From Minisyncoccota bacterium (GTDB lineage Bacteria; Patescibacteriota; Minisyncoccia; Phycocordibacterales; BOKC01), in contig CP129473.1 of NCBI GenBank assembly GCA_030583745.1, positions 616,211-680,210 of the forward strand: 64,000 bases of DNA, in the 5' to 3' direction. Both the position numbers and the translations under genes were made by a program. A model generated the notes under the pieces. The model was not told where the DNA came from, did no database searches, and saw nothing but the letters and a program-made list of their open reading frames with translations. Position 1 is the first letter of the stretch. Each line of letters opens with the position of its first letter. Positions 47,782 through 57,268 of this stretch are shown one piece after another.

Positions 47782-49221
47782 GTGTTACTAAAAACTATGT
47801 CAATCGATCTAAAATCATTAACCATACGCAATACTCACGACCATCTCAAGGCGGGTGATTTTTCTGTTATGGAATTGGTCGAATCATGCGTCAAAAACAT
47901 TGAAAAAGAAAATCCGGAATTAAATGCCTTCCTGGAAATTTTTGACGATTGGAAAAACCAAACTGAAGAAGCGCAGGAGTTTTTTCGTTCCGGCCAAGCC
48001 GATTTTTTAACCGGCATACCAATTGCCGTAAAAGATAACATCTTGATAGAAGGTAAAATCTGTTCGGCTGGTTCAAAGATTTTAGAAAATTATCGCGCGG
48101 TTTATGATTCCACCGTTGCTTCAAAATTAAAGAAAAGAAAAAGTATTTTGCTCGGTCGGACAAACATGGATGAGTTTGCTATGGGTTCGTCAACGGAAAA
48201 CTCGGCTTACGGCCTGTCTAGGAATCCTCTCGATAAAGAGAGAGTGCCGGGTGGTTCAAGTGGCGGCTCGGCGGTGGCGGTTGCTATGGGTGGCTCGCTT
48301 GGCGCTTTGGGCTCTGAAACTGCCGGCTCTGTTCGCCAGCCAGCAAGTTTTTGCGGACTTGTCGGTCTTAAGCCGACATACGGGAGTGTATCAAGGTATG
48401 GGCTTATCGCTCTTGGTTCTTCTCTTGACCAAATCGGACCTTTTGCAAAAACCGTCGGAGACATTGAAATATTGTTTGATGCTATAAAAGGCCACGATCC
48501 GCTTGACGCAACAACTGCTAAAGTTTTGGGAAGTGATAGTTTGCCTAAAGACTTGGTGATTGGTGTGCCAAGGGATATTTTGTCCCAGCCCGGGATAGAT
48601 AAAGAAGTTTTGAAAAATTTTGAAGATTCAATCGCGCGGCTTTCTAAGCTCGGATTTCATATAAAAGACATTTCTTTACCTCACACTTCATATTCTTTGG
48701 CTGTTTATTACATAATCATGCCGGCTGAAGTTTCTTCCAATCTGGCGCGGTTTGATGGAGTTAAATACGGCTTGAGAAAAGAAGGAGAAAATCTGCTTGA
48801 TGAGTATGTAAAAACCAGAACAAGCGGTTTTGGAAAAGAACCGCGTCGCAGAATTATTTTGGGAACATACGTTTTGTCTACCGGATATTACGACGCCTTT
48901 TATAACAAAGCTAATTTGGTGCGCAATCTTATCATCGATGATTTTGAAAAGGTCTTTGCCGACGGCGTTCATTTGGTCGCTACGCCGACAACTCCAACTG
49001 AAGCGTTTAAGATTGGAGAGAAAGCGAACAACCCTCTTTCAATGTATATGTCTGATCTGTTGACCGCGCCGGCAAATATCGCTGGTTTGCCAGCAATTTC
49101 TTTGCCAAGCGGTTTTACCGAAAAAAACAAAATGCCGCTCGGATTGCAGTTTATCGCACCAAATTTTAGAGAGGACATGCTATTTGAAGCTGGTAAGCGT
49201 TTTTTGGGAGAGAATGATTGA
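47782..49221 (+). CDS. gatA: Glu-tRNA(Gln) amidotransferase subunit A (amidase signature family)
   Basis: GGSSGGSAVAVA and the Ser-cisSer-Lys amidase signature. gatB is not adjacent. Confidence 0.92.
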   Translation: MLLKTMSIDLKSLTIRNTHDHLKAGDFSVMELVESCVKNIEKENPELNAFLEIFDDWKNQTEEAQEFFRSGQADFLTGIPIAVKDNILIEGKICSAGSKILENYRAVYDSTVASKLKKRKSILLGRTNMDEFAMGSSTENSAYGLSRNPLDKERVPGGSSGGSAVAVAMGGSLGALGSETAGSVRQPASFCGLVGLKPTYGSVSRYGLIALGSSLDQIGPFAKTVGDIEILFDAIKGHDPLDATTAKVLGSDSLPKDLVIGVPRDILSQPGIDKEVLKNFEDSIARLSKLGFHIKDISLPHTSYSLAVYYIIMPAEVSSNLARFDGVKYGLRKEGENLLDEYVKTRTSGFGKEPRRRIILGTYVLSTGYYDAFYNKANLVRNLIIDDFEKVFADGVHLVATPTTPTEAFKIGEKANNPLSMYMSDLLTAPANIAGLPAISLPSGFTEKNKMPLGLQFIAPNFREDMLFEAGKRFLGEND

Positions 49222-49270
49222 TTGTTATAAGAGCTTGGGTGATAATTTAAAAGAAATTTTTAATTTTTGA

Positions 49271-49930
49271 TTGATTAAAACAATGGCCGATTACAAACCA
49301 AAGACACCAAGTTCCTCAAGTTCTGACCCGATTGAGATTTTGCTCATTCTTGGTTTTCTAACTCTTATTGGAGGTTTTTTACTTGAGAGAATCATCTCTT
49401 TTTCAAGAGCAGAGGGTCCATTTTTGGAGGTCGCATACTCTTATTTCATCAATGTTTTTTATGTGATAATGCCACTTTCTTTTGTAATTTCATCTGTTTT
49501 CTTGTTTGGGATAATTTATAGTTTACGGAAACTTAGTCGATTGAATAGGGAGCTCAAGCTTAAATTTCATTCTCAAAAATCTGATTTTGGTTCGAGCGAA
49601 ACCGTCTTTAAAAAGGCAGAAGAAAGATGGGGAAAGATTTTAGAGCATTTGGAGTCTTTTAATATGAGTGATTGGAAAATGGCGATTCTTGAAGCAGACA
49701 TAATGCTTGAGGAAATGGTTGACAAGATGGGTTATCCTGGCGTAGGTTTAGGCGAAAAATTGAAAAATATTGAGCGGAGCGATTTTAATACTTTGGACAA
49801 GGCGTGGGAAGCGCATAAAATAAGAAATACCATAGCGCACGAAGGGACCAGCTTTTATATTACGCAAAGCGAGGCCAGAAGAGTCATCGGGCTTTTTGAA
49901 GAAGTATTCAAAGAGTTTAAATATATTTAA
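49271..49930 (+). CDS. Membrane-anchored HEPN-domain protein (DUF4145/Swt1-like), candidate RNase, toxin or defense protein
   Basis: Two N-terminal TM segments. The C-terminal all-helical domain carries an Rx4H motif (RNTIAHEG). Confidence 0.5.
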   Translation: MIKTMADYKPKTPSSSSSDPIEILLILGFLTLIGGFLLERIISFSRAEGPFLEVAYSYFINVFYVIMPLSFVISSVFLFGIIYSLRKLSRLNRELKLKFHSQKSDFGSSETVFKKAEERWGKILEHLESFNMSDWKMAILEADIMLEEMVDKMGYPGVGLGEKLKNIERSDFNTLDKAWEAHKIRNTIAHEGTSFYITQSEARRVIGLFEEVFKEFKYI

Positions 49931-49936
49931 ATTCAC

Positions 49937-49960
49937 AAAAACCCGCTTAAGCGGGTTTTT
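49937..49960 (+). terminator. Rho-independent terminator
   Basis: 'aaaaacccgc ttaa gcgggttttt'. Confidence 0.8.
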
Positions 49961-49970
49961 GTGAACCTTG

Positions 49971-50041
49971 TTGCGGGGGCCCGAATTGCACGGACGTCTC
50001 CAGGTTATGAGCCTGACGAGATACTACTTCTCCACCCCGCG
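49971..50041 (-). tRNA. tRNA-Met(CAU)-like with an initiator-type C1:A72 mismatch and an atypical T-loop; possibly a pseudo-tRNA
   Basis: Acceptor cgcgggg/ccccgca (C1xA72); D-arm gaga-agtagta-tctc; anticodon stem tcagg/cctgg with loop cTCATAa; T-stem gtccg/cgggc with loop 'tgcaatt' (G at position 55). Confidence 0.55.
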
Positions 50042-50131
50042 AGAATTTGTTTGTTAATTATACAGAAATTTTTTAAAAATGCAACGCTTATTGAATTATT
50101 TCTCTTAAAATGTTATTTTCTTGTAACAATT

Positions 50132-50205
50132 GTCGGGGTAGCTCAGTTGGTTAGAGCGCGGGACTCATAAGCCCGAGGTCGTGGGTTCGACCCCCACCCC
50201 CGACA
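50132..50205 (+). tRNA. tRNA-Met(CAU) elongator (or tRNA-Ile2 if lysidinylated)
   Basis: Acceptor gtcgggg/ccccgac; D-arm gctc-agttggtta-gagc; anticodon loop cTCATAa; T-arm gtggg-ttcgacc-cccac. Confidence 0.85.
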
Positions 50206-50250
50206 CACGACACAGAAAATTTTTTTTGTTAGAATCACTGTGTTAGTTTT

Positions 50251-50325
50251 GCGGGTGTAGCTCAATTTGGTTAGAGCACTCCCCTGTCACGGGAGAGGTT
50301 GCGGGTTCAAGTCCCGTCGCTCGCG
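50251..50325 (+). tRNA. tRNA-Asp(GUC)
   Basis: Acceptor gcgggtg/cgctcgc with two G-U pairs; anticodon stem ctccc/gggag with loop cTGTCAc; T-arm gcggg-ttcaagt-cccgt. Confidence 0.8.
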
Positions 50326-50429
50326 CATTTCGGGATTAAAGGCGGCAAATTCGTCTTTTTTCGTAAGTTGAAGATCTAGCCAATTATAAGCTATCTTTGT
50401 CGCTGATTTGTCTGTGTTAAAATTTAGTT

Positions 50430-50978
50430 ATGTCTTTTGAATCTCCAATTTCAAGAAAAGAGCCAATCAGGAAAGTTAATATTGAGGGGGGTGTGAGTAA
50501 GGAAGAGCACGATCTTGTGGTTGGCATTTGCATTACTCGCTTGGCAAAAAACAAAGAAGGAGAAGGAGAGGAGGTGACGGAATATCTCTTGGTGCAAAGA
50601 GATCCACCTGATGGTCCATGGTATTTTCCTGGCGGAAAAGTGCATCAAGGAGAAACTATGAAAGACGCGCTTAAAAGAGAGCTTGAAGAAGAGGTGGGTT
50701 TAAAGTATGAGGAAGATTACTCCGGACCATTTAGAGATTTAACTTCAGGTTCTTACAATATAGAAGGCAAAAATTTTGCGATTGTTAATGTTTCTATTCC
50801 CCGAGATTCCATTAAAAAAGAACCGAAATTACAAAGCGATGACAAAGTCCAAAAAATGATCTGGACCAAAGACCCTTTAAGTCTAGATTTAATACCGCAG
50901 ACGAGAGAAATTTTAGAGGCAAAGATGAAGGGGGAAACAAATTTACCAAAAAGTAAGATGAAGAATGTGAAAAACTAA
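50430..50978 (+). CDS. NUDIX hydrolase
   Basis: Nudix box GGKVHQGETMKDALKRELEEEVGL. Confidence 0.85.
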   Translation: MSFESPISRKEPIRKVNIEGGVSKEEHDLVVGICITRLAKNKEGEGEEVTEYLLVQRDPPDGPWYFPGGKVHQGETMKDALKRELEEEVGLKYEEDYSGPFRDLTSGSYNIEGKNFAIVNVSIPRDSIKKEPKLQSDDKVQKMIWTKDPLSLDLIPQTREILEAKMKGETNLPKSKMKNVKN

Positions 50979-51174
50979 TTATACATATTTTCAATTCTAG
51001 AGTTTTCGTATATAACAAATTTACAAATATAGTCCCTCGGGACTCTGCCCTCAACAATTCGGGCAGGCGGCGGGGCAACTTATTTTCGCTCGGGCGGATC
51101 AGCAGGAGGAGGTGAGGGGGAGGAATGCCGAGCCGCCCACCAAATGGTTGGTCAAAAACCGAGAGGTCTAATTC

Positions 51175-51250
51175 TGGAGCCGACCCGGGGACTTGAACCC
51201 CGCACCTACGGTTTACGATACCGTTGCTCTACCAGATGAGCTAGGTCGGC
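51175..51250 (-). tRNA. tRNA-Thr(CGU) with an encoded CCA
   Basis: Acceptor gccgacc/ggtcggc; D-arm gctc-atctggta-gagc; anticodon stem acggt/accgt with loop aTCGTAa; T-arm cgggg-ttcaagt-ccccg; discriminator U plus CCA. Confidence 0.9.
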
Positions 51251-51298
51251 AGTGTTTCTACTATAAACTAAAAACTACCGACCACAAACCATTTCGGA

Positions 51299-51545
51299 GT
51301 CCCTATTGTACTCCGCTCGAACCTATTTTAGCAAAAATACCGAATGACCTGCCACGCGCCGCGCGCGTGGCGATGCGATACCAAATCGTACGCATTGGAG
51401 TTCGTGATGACTCTCAAACGCCGCCCAGCGCCTCCGCATCCGCTCCGGCGCTCCGCCCTCGCCCCGTTTCCGCTCTCATACTTTTCTTTTTTCGCGGGGG
51501 GATTTTTCAAAAATTGAATGGGCGGAAAACGGGGCTCGGTCGGCC
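51299..51545. repeat. IR1-L: a 247-bp GC-rich repeat that is identical, in inverted orientation, to 61304-61552
   Basis: The overlapping frame-translations are identical (82 aa SPYCTPLEPILAKIPNDLPRAARV...KTGLGR on opposite strands, and the 60-aa MKNPPAKKEK... ORF duplicated at 51328-51510 and 61343-61525). Confidence 0.9.
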
Positions 51546-52120
51546 TTCACCTAGGAAGGTGAAGGTGGGACGGCTTCCCATGCGGTGCCTCGTGACTTAT
51601 TCCTGTTTATATTGGCGTTCATGGTTAAAGGGATGGCACCCTCGGCATCCGCCTCGGGCTATTTCCGCTAGGGCTACGAGCGCCTAAATGCCTATGTGCG
51701 CTGCTTTTCCTCGCACTCCCGCTCTGCGGAGCGGGCGCTCGGGCAGCGCCTCTGTTTGGGGGAGAAAACGATTTTCTCCCCCAGCTTCAGGCTCCTCCTC
51801 GCAGTGGTTCACCAGAGTCTTCAGTGCTTAATTGTGTTTGTCTTTTGCACGCGCTTTGTGGCTTCGTTTAACGTGCCTTCGGAGTCCGCCTTCGCACAAC
51901 CCCCTCTTTTAGTTTTCATCCTTTCGTTTAGAGTGTCGCTTCCGCTACTAAACTTCTGTGACTTCGGTGTTCGTCGGCGCTCGTCCTTTAGCCCTGGACG
52001 CTCCTAGTGGAAATAGCCCGAGGCGCTGCCTTATGTGCTTGCCTGGCCGTGTTCACGGCTCCCACCCGTGCGCGCACAAACCCCGCCCGCTGACGCGGGC
52101 GGGGTTGCCTTATACTTTTT
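51546..52120. other. GC-rich, apparently non-coding structured region (candidate large ncRNA or a remnant of the element adjacent to IR1-L)
   Basis: No convincing ORF. Long-range complementarity 'gcctcgggctatttccgctagg' (51651-51672) against 'cctagtggaaatagcccgaggc' (52003-52025). An 11-bp perfect hairpin gggggagaaaa-cga-ttttctccccc at 51759-51783 and a terminal 10-bp hairpin ccccgcccgc-tgac-gcgggcgggg at 52081-52104. Confidence 0.5.
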
Positions 52121-52123
52121 AAG

Positions 52124-53923
52124 TTAAATCTCTTCTACTATCGGGACGCCTAAAATAGAAAGTCCGTTTTTTATTACTATTCCAACAGATTTTGTTAGTG
52201 CAAGCTTGTAATTTTCTCTCGGAGAACCGTCAAGGATCGGTTCTTTGGCATACCATGAATTAAAAGCAGAGCATATTTCTAGCAAGTATTGAGCAATGCC
52301 ATGCACAGATAAATCTGATCTGGCCATCTTAATGACGTCTGGTAAAAACAGAAGGAGCCACAGGAGCCTTTTTTCATCTTTCTGGTCATTGAAAATAAAT
52401 TTGGAAAAATCATGGGTATCTTTCGCCACTTCTTTTTTGCGTAAAATTGACTGAGTTCGAACGTATGTATACAAAATATAGATTCCAGAGTCACCTGATG
52501 TCTCTATTGATTTCTCGGTATCAAATGTAATGTCCTGTGTTCGATCCGGCTTAAGTAGAGCAAACTTTACTGAAGCAATTGCCAGACGTTCGGAAAGTTC
52601 TTCCATTATTTCTGAATCCACCTTACCTTCATTAAGAAAACGTTGATGGATCTTTTCTTTGACCTGATCAATCACATCATCAATAAGCACAACCGTGCCT
52701 TCTCTTGAAGACATTTTCTTAAACCCACCTGATTCTCCCTTCAGACCGACATACCCATAAGGAATATGTGTGAAATCATGAATGTCCCCGATACCCAACT
52801 GTTCACACACTGCAAAAAGCTGCTTCATGGCCAGAGATTGTTCTGGACCAATTACCCATACCAATTTATCGGCGCCATAACGGTTCTTTTTAAGAACAGT
52901 GAGAGCAATGTCCTGAGTGATATATAGAGATGTTCCGTCTCTCTTTAGTAATATCGTGTCTGAGATGTTATAAGCGGATAAATCGGTCAATATCGCACCA
53001 TCCTCTAATTGCTTAAAAATACCTTCCTTGAGACCGCGTTCAACATACTCTTTACCAGATTGATAATGCTCATGTTCATGCCATATAACATCCCAGTGAT
53101 TTTCTAACCGTGAAAGCGTTCTATTCATTCCTTCATATGCGTAGTTAAGAACATGAGACCAGAGATTCCATATTTGCTCATTATGATTTTCCCATTCGAC
53201 AACAAAGTTACGGACTTTATTCTCCACTTCAGAAGATTGTTTGAAATCGCTCTCTCCCAACACATAGCATTTGGTGACGAATAAATCAGGCTTTATCCCA
53301 ATTTCTGACGGAGCAAGCCATTCATCCTTATGAGAAATCCAGTAAGTAACATCGATTGGTAAATCATCTTTCTTTCTCATATGCGCAAGAAATCCCCACA
53401 TTAATTTTGCGATAGCTATACCGCGATTGTTATCCACCGCATCAGACACAACAGATGCTCCGTTCCATTTCAATAACCGAACAAGTCCCATGCCGACCAA
53501 ATTATTACGCAAGTGACCCAAATGCATTGCTTTGTTTGGGTTTGGGGATGTGTGTTCAACCACCCACTTTTCTCCAGATAAGTCAGTATTACTTCCAAAG
53601 CCTGATCCTTGATTTAAAATATCCTTAAGAAGACTGCTAAAAAAATCTTCGGAAAAAGTTATATTAATAAACCCTGGTTTTATTACTTCAATCGTTTTAA
53701 CATCTTTTATTTTTCTTGATAAAAGATGTCCGGCTATCTTATTCGCTAAAGCAAACGGGCTGATCTTTGCATTTTTTGAATATTTAAGAGCAATATTGCA
53801 CGTAACATCTCCCATTTCTTGACTCGGTGTCCTATCCAAACTCACCGCCGAAGTACTGATTTCAAAATCAGTAATACATTTTGCTATTTCAGATCGAATT
53901 GTTGCTAATGTCTTCGAATACAT
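52124..53923 (-). CDS. argS: Arginine--tRNA ligase
   Basis: HIGH motif HLGHLRNNLVGMG, class I Rossmann fold and a DALR anticodon-binding C-terminus. Confidence 0.92.
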   Translation of the reverse strand: MYSKTLATIRSEIAKCITDFEISTSAVSLDRTPSQEMGDVTCNIALKYSKNAKISPFALANKIAGHLLSRKIKDVKTIEVIKPGFINITFSEDFFSSLLKDILNQGSGFGSNTDLSGEKWVVEHTSPNPNKAMHLGHLRNNLVGMGLVRLLKWNGASVVSDAVDNNRGIAIAKLMWGFLAHMRKKDDLPIDVTYWISHKDEWLAPSEIGIKPDLFVTKCYVLGESDFKQSSEVENKVRNFVVEWENHNEQIWNLWSHVLNYAYEGMNRTLSRLENHWDVIWHEHEHYQSGKEYVERGLKEGIFKQLEDGAILTDLSAYNISDTILLKRDGTSLYITQDIALTVLKKNRYGADKLVWVIGPEQSLAMKQLFAVCEQLGIGDIHDFTHIPYGYVGLKGESGGFKKMSSREGTVVLIDDVIDQVKEKIHQRFLNEGKVDSEIMEELSERLAIASVKFALLKPDRTQDITFDTEKSIETSGDSGIYILYTYVRTQSILRKKEVAKDTHDFSKFIFNDQKDEKRLLWLLLFLPDVIKMARSDLSVHGIAQYLLEICSAFNSWYAKEPILDGSPRENYKLALTKSVGIVIKNGLSILGVPIVEEI

Positions 53924-54006
53924 ATTTGTGTTAATTAACCCATCTTAACAGAAAAATAGCTAATAATAAATGGAATAATCTGGTTTTATCAAGTATTATT
54001 AAAATA

Positions 54007-55407
54007 ATGAAAACCCACAATTTTCTTATCGCTACAACAAGACCAGAACTGATCGTTCGACAAGTCAATGCCTTTATAAAAGTGAGAAATGGAAGGCAGA
54101 TAAATTTTTATATATTTGATGATAGTTATGACAAGAAAGAATACTTTTTAAGAGAAATTTCTAAGCTACCTAAGGACGAGGCGTGGGTGAAAGTCTTTTA
54201 TTTTAGCCTTGACCAACAGAAGGCAATGCTTCTGGACACTGCACGCAAATACTCCTTAAAACTTCATGTATCAGGAGAAGAAATACTGAAGTGTTTTGAG
54301 GAGAAAAATGAATTGCGGGGTATTAGAAGTATTCAAAACAAATCTATCCTGATCTTCTATTTAAAAAACAATCAAAACAACAGTATTATCCATAAAATTG
54401 ATGACGATATTCTACCATACGAAGCTGACAGACGAAATGGTCGCGTAGAAATAATTCCTAAATACGACTTCTTTCAACATAAGGAAAATGTCATAGGTCA
54501 TGACAAAAAAGTAATCTGCGGAAGTAACTATACTATTGATTCACCGAGTCCATTGGTGCACTATGCGGATTTTGCAGAGTTTGTATATAAGTTTCTTACT
54601 ATAGCTAAAACAAAAACGGAATCCGAATTGGTTGGAGAAAATACAGTCACCATCTCACCTTCTCAGGCGGAAGAGGTATTAGATATCCACAACATTGTTA
54701 AGCTATTACCAATAGGCAAAAATCATACTTTTGGAAGCGCTCTCAGGGAACTTGAAAATCATATAAATTTTTTTAATAAAGGAATCTCAAGAGTTGTTAT
54801 AAATGATAATCGTCTACAGGAAAAAGGGACTAATAAATTCTTTCCGGGTGGTTGCGTTTCTTTTCTCTACAATAATGTCCCTACACTCACACCACTCTTC
54901 GGGAATCAAGACCTTCTATGGGAACTTTTTGAGGCGCTTGATGGAAAAACAATTTTCACCGATGGTTGTATTGGGCACGTAAAATCAGAATCAAATCGAT
55001 CATCTATACTTGAAGATTTAAAAGACTCTTCTTACAAGCACCAAACATCTGTAACCTATGCGGTGTTCAGCCATTTAGTTAGTAAAAATAGAGACGGTTC
55101 TCTGCATGATTTTGAAAAGAATTTTGTACATTTAATGAATAAGTGGTTAGAGGAAGCACGAGATTACACAAAAGATATACTACGTATATTAAACCATGAA
55201 GATGGTCTTTGGTTTCGTTCCGTTCAATACAGAAATGTTCTAAATAACTTAAAAGTTATTCTGAATGAATTTGAAAAATCTTATGAAGAAATAAAATCAA
55301 ATTTCTCTTATTCAAATATAGATGCTGATCGAATCGTTACAGATTATTTTCAAAAGAAGGGCATTTTCGATAAGTTGTTAAAACAAATCATCTCCGAACA
55401 TGTTTAG
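54007..55407 (+). CDS. Hypothetical protein (466 aa), possibly a glycosyltransferase accessory or nucleotide-sugar transferase-like
   Basis: Lies in the glycosyltransferase cluster; no clear motif. Confidence 0.5.
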   Translation: MKTHNFLIATTRPELIVRQVNAFIKVRNGRQINFYIFDDSYDKKEYFLREISKLPKDEAWVKVFYFSLDQQKAMLLDTARKYSLKLHVSGEEILKCFEEKNELRGIRSIQNKSILIFYLKNNQNNSIIHKIDDDILPYEADRRNGRVEIIPKYDFFQHKENVIGHDKKVICGSNYTIDSPSPLVHYADFAEFVYKFLTIAKTKTESELVGENTVTISPSQAEEVLDIHNIVKLLPIGKNHTFGSALRELENHINFFNKGISRVVINDNRLQEKGTNKFFPGGCVSFLYNNVPTLTPLFGNQDLLWELFEALDGKTIFTDGCIGHVKSESNRSSILEDLKDSSYKHQTSVTYAVFSHLVSKNRDGSLHDFEKNFVHLMNKWLEEARDYTKDILRILNHEDGLWFRSVQYRNVLNNLKVILNEFEKSYEEIKSNFSYSNIDADRIVTDYFQKKGIFDKLLKQIISEHV

Positions 55408-56080
55408 CATCATCATACCAGTACATAACTCATTAAAAATTCTCTCAGAGAATCTGAAAAATATTTGCTCCCAGATTGAGGCGTCTGATGAGATTATTGT
55501 AGTTGACGATAAGAGTGATAATGCGATTGAAATCAAAGAATTGGCCTATAGCTATAATGCAAAATATTATTACATCAATCCACATTCAACATATAATCGA
55601 TGTCTGGCAATAAATACGGGAGTTAAAAATGCCAGTAATAAATGGATCGTGGAATTAGATCAGGATAAAATACCAAATAGTAACGATTATTTTAAAGCTA
55701 TACGCGAGGAAATATCAAAGAATGATGACTATAAAATCGTCAGGTTTGGACACACCACAAACCACTTTCCAATCGAAATCAAATTGAAATACATAGATAA
55801 AAACAATAAGGCGACCTTCAATGCAATAGTAGGAGGCAATACTTGCTATTCCAAGCAACTTTTTAATGAAGTTGGTGGATACGACACTAAATTTGATGGC
55901 AACAAAGGATTCCAAGATTTCGATCTTTTCTATCGTTTTCAAAAACATGGCGCCAAACTATGTTATATAAAATCAATGCTCGCAGATCATGTGGATTCTC
56001 ACCAAAAAACAAACCAGATGTACAAGAAAAATATGTCTAGATTTTTTAATAAACATGGGTTTTATCCAGAGGTCGACTGA
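55400..56080 (+). CDS. Glycosyltransferase family 2
   Basis: FSIIIPVHNS...IIVVDDKSDN (GT-A DxD). Confidence 0.85.
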   Translation: MFSIIIPVHNSLKILSENLKNICSQIEASDEIIVVDDKSDNAIEIKELAYSYNAKYYYINPHSTYNRCLAINTGVKNASNKWIVELDQDKIPNSNDYFKAIREEISKNDDYKIVRFGHTTNHFPIEIKLKYIDKNNKATFNAIVGGNTCYSKQLFNEVGGYDTKFDGNKGFQDFDLFYRFQKHGAKLCYIKSMLADHVDSHQKTNQMYKKNMSRFFNKHGFYPEVD

Positions 56081-56092
56081 ATGAAATAAACT

Positions 56093-57268
56093 ATGAAGCG
56101 TAAATCACTACTTATCCTCGCACCGCCTGTGCCGCCACACCACATAGGGGGCGATGGAAAATTTGCGCTTGATATCGCTACTGAATTAAGCAGGAGGGGT
56201 CAGAAAGTCACTATCTTAACCCCGTTTTATAATGGCAGTTTTATAGATGAGCGACCTAACGATTTTTTAAGAATAATCAGAGTCCCGATCAGTGATCCGC
56301 TCAGTAAAGACCCATGGGACGTGCCTATTTGGGATCCAGAATTTACAATAGGAAGAGACAAGGTTCTTTTGGAGCATATAAGAAACCTTAATCTAATAAA
56401 TAAAGATGTGTGGGTTCATGAGATAGGCGGGTCTATTTACAATCGGTTACTACTTACTTTAAAAAACCAGGAAGAACTGTTTTACAGTTGTCACATACAG
56501 ATTGTCTTAGAAAATTACGATAAACTCATACCAAATAACAGGGATTTGAAAAAGCTTACTCTTGAGTCGCAACGATTGCTTATTAAAAATGCTTCGATGG
56601 TGTTCTTTTTATCAAAATTTGATTTCATACCATTTCAATACGATGTTAAAGACTACCGAATAGTTCCTAATGGAGTTGAGCTATCCAAATTTGTTTTTAA
56701 AAAGCAAGTTGAAAGAGATGCGTGGTATCGCATCTTTATCGGAGGAAGGTTGCATGACAAAATGAAAGGAGCGACAGAAATGTTCCCGATCCTTAATATG
56801 ATTTTAGAAAAAGAAAAAATGGTTGAATTGCATGTCTGTGCTCCCGATAAAACGTACTTCGAGCACTTCAGCGCTGAAGCAATGAAGCATGTTCATTACC
56901 ATGGATGGATTTCAGTCCAAAAAACTCAAGAGATTATAGGACGCTGTGATTTAAGCCTCGTACCATCTCTTTATGAGCCGTTTGGATTACTTGCCCTTGA
57001 GTCTCTAGCAAACGGCATACCAGTACTTGGTACAAAGACCGGAGGATTATCGGAGATGATAATACCAAATACCAATGGGGACTTTATAGATACGCAATAT
57101 CCAAATAAAGTGAAAACTATACTCGAGTATTACATATCACGCAAAAATAATTTACAACAACGAGATATTCAAGACAGTATCAGGAGGACGGTCGAAAAAT
57201 ATGATATCAAAAATATTGCTAATCTCTATATTAATAATCTCGGAGAATTTCAAGCGTCTGAATGTTAG
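56093..57268 (+). CDS. Glycosyltransferase family 4 (GT-B)
   Basis: EPFGLLALESLANGIPVLGTKTGG (the E-x7-E region). Confidence 0.85.
   Translation: MKRKSLLILAPPVPPHHIGGDGKFALDIATELSRRGQKVTILTPFYNGSFIDERPNDFLRIIRVPISDPLSKDPWDVPIWDPEFTIGRDKVLLEHIRNLNLINKDVWVHEIGGSIYNRLLLTLKNQEELFYSCHIQIVLENYDKLIPNNRDLKKLTLESQRLLIKNASMVFFLSKFDFIPFQYDVKDYRIVPNGVELSKFVFKKQVERDAWYRIFIGGRLHDKMKGATEMFPILNMILEKEKMVELHVCAPDKTYFEHFSAEAMKHVHYHGWISVQKTQEIIGRCDLSLVPSLYEPFGLLALESLANGIPVLGTKTGGLSEMIIPNTNGDFIDTQYPNKVKTILEYYISRKNNLQQRDIQDSIRRTVEKYDIKNIANLYINNLGEFQASEC

Noticed and set aside
51193-51687. 164-aa ORF, its 60-aa antisense ORF (51328-51510), and their mirror ORFs at 61304-61558 and 61343-61525
   Set aside because: These are translations of the 247-bp inverted repeat. 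They are GC-rich, low-complexity (Pro/Ala/Arg runs) and open in several frames simply because of composition. They are treated as repeat DNA, not genes.
51696-52007. 103-aa ORF inside the GC-rich 570-bp segment
   Set aside because: It has no start context and a Ser/Leu/Phe-rich low-complexity translation. The region shows strong RNA-like long-range complementarity instead.
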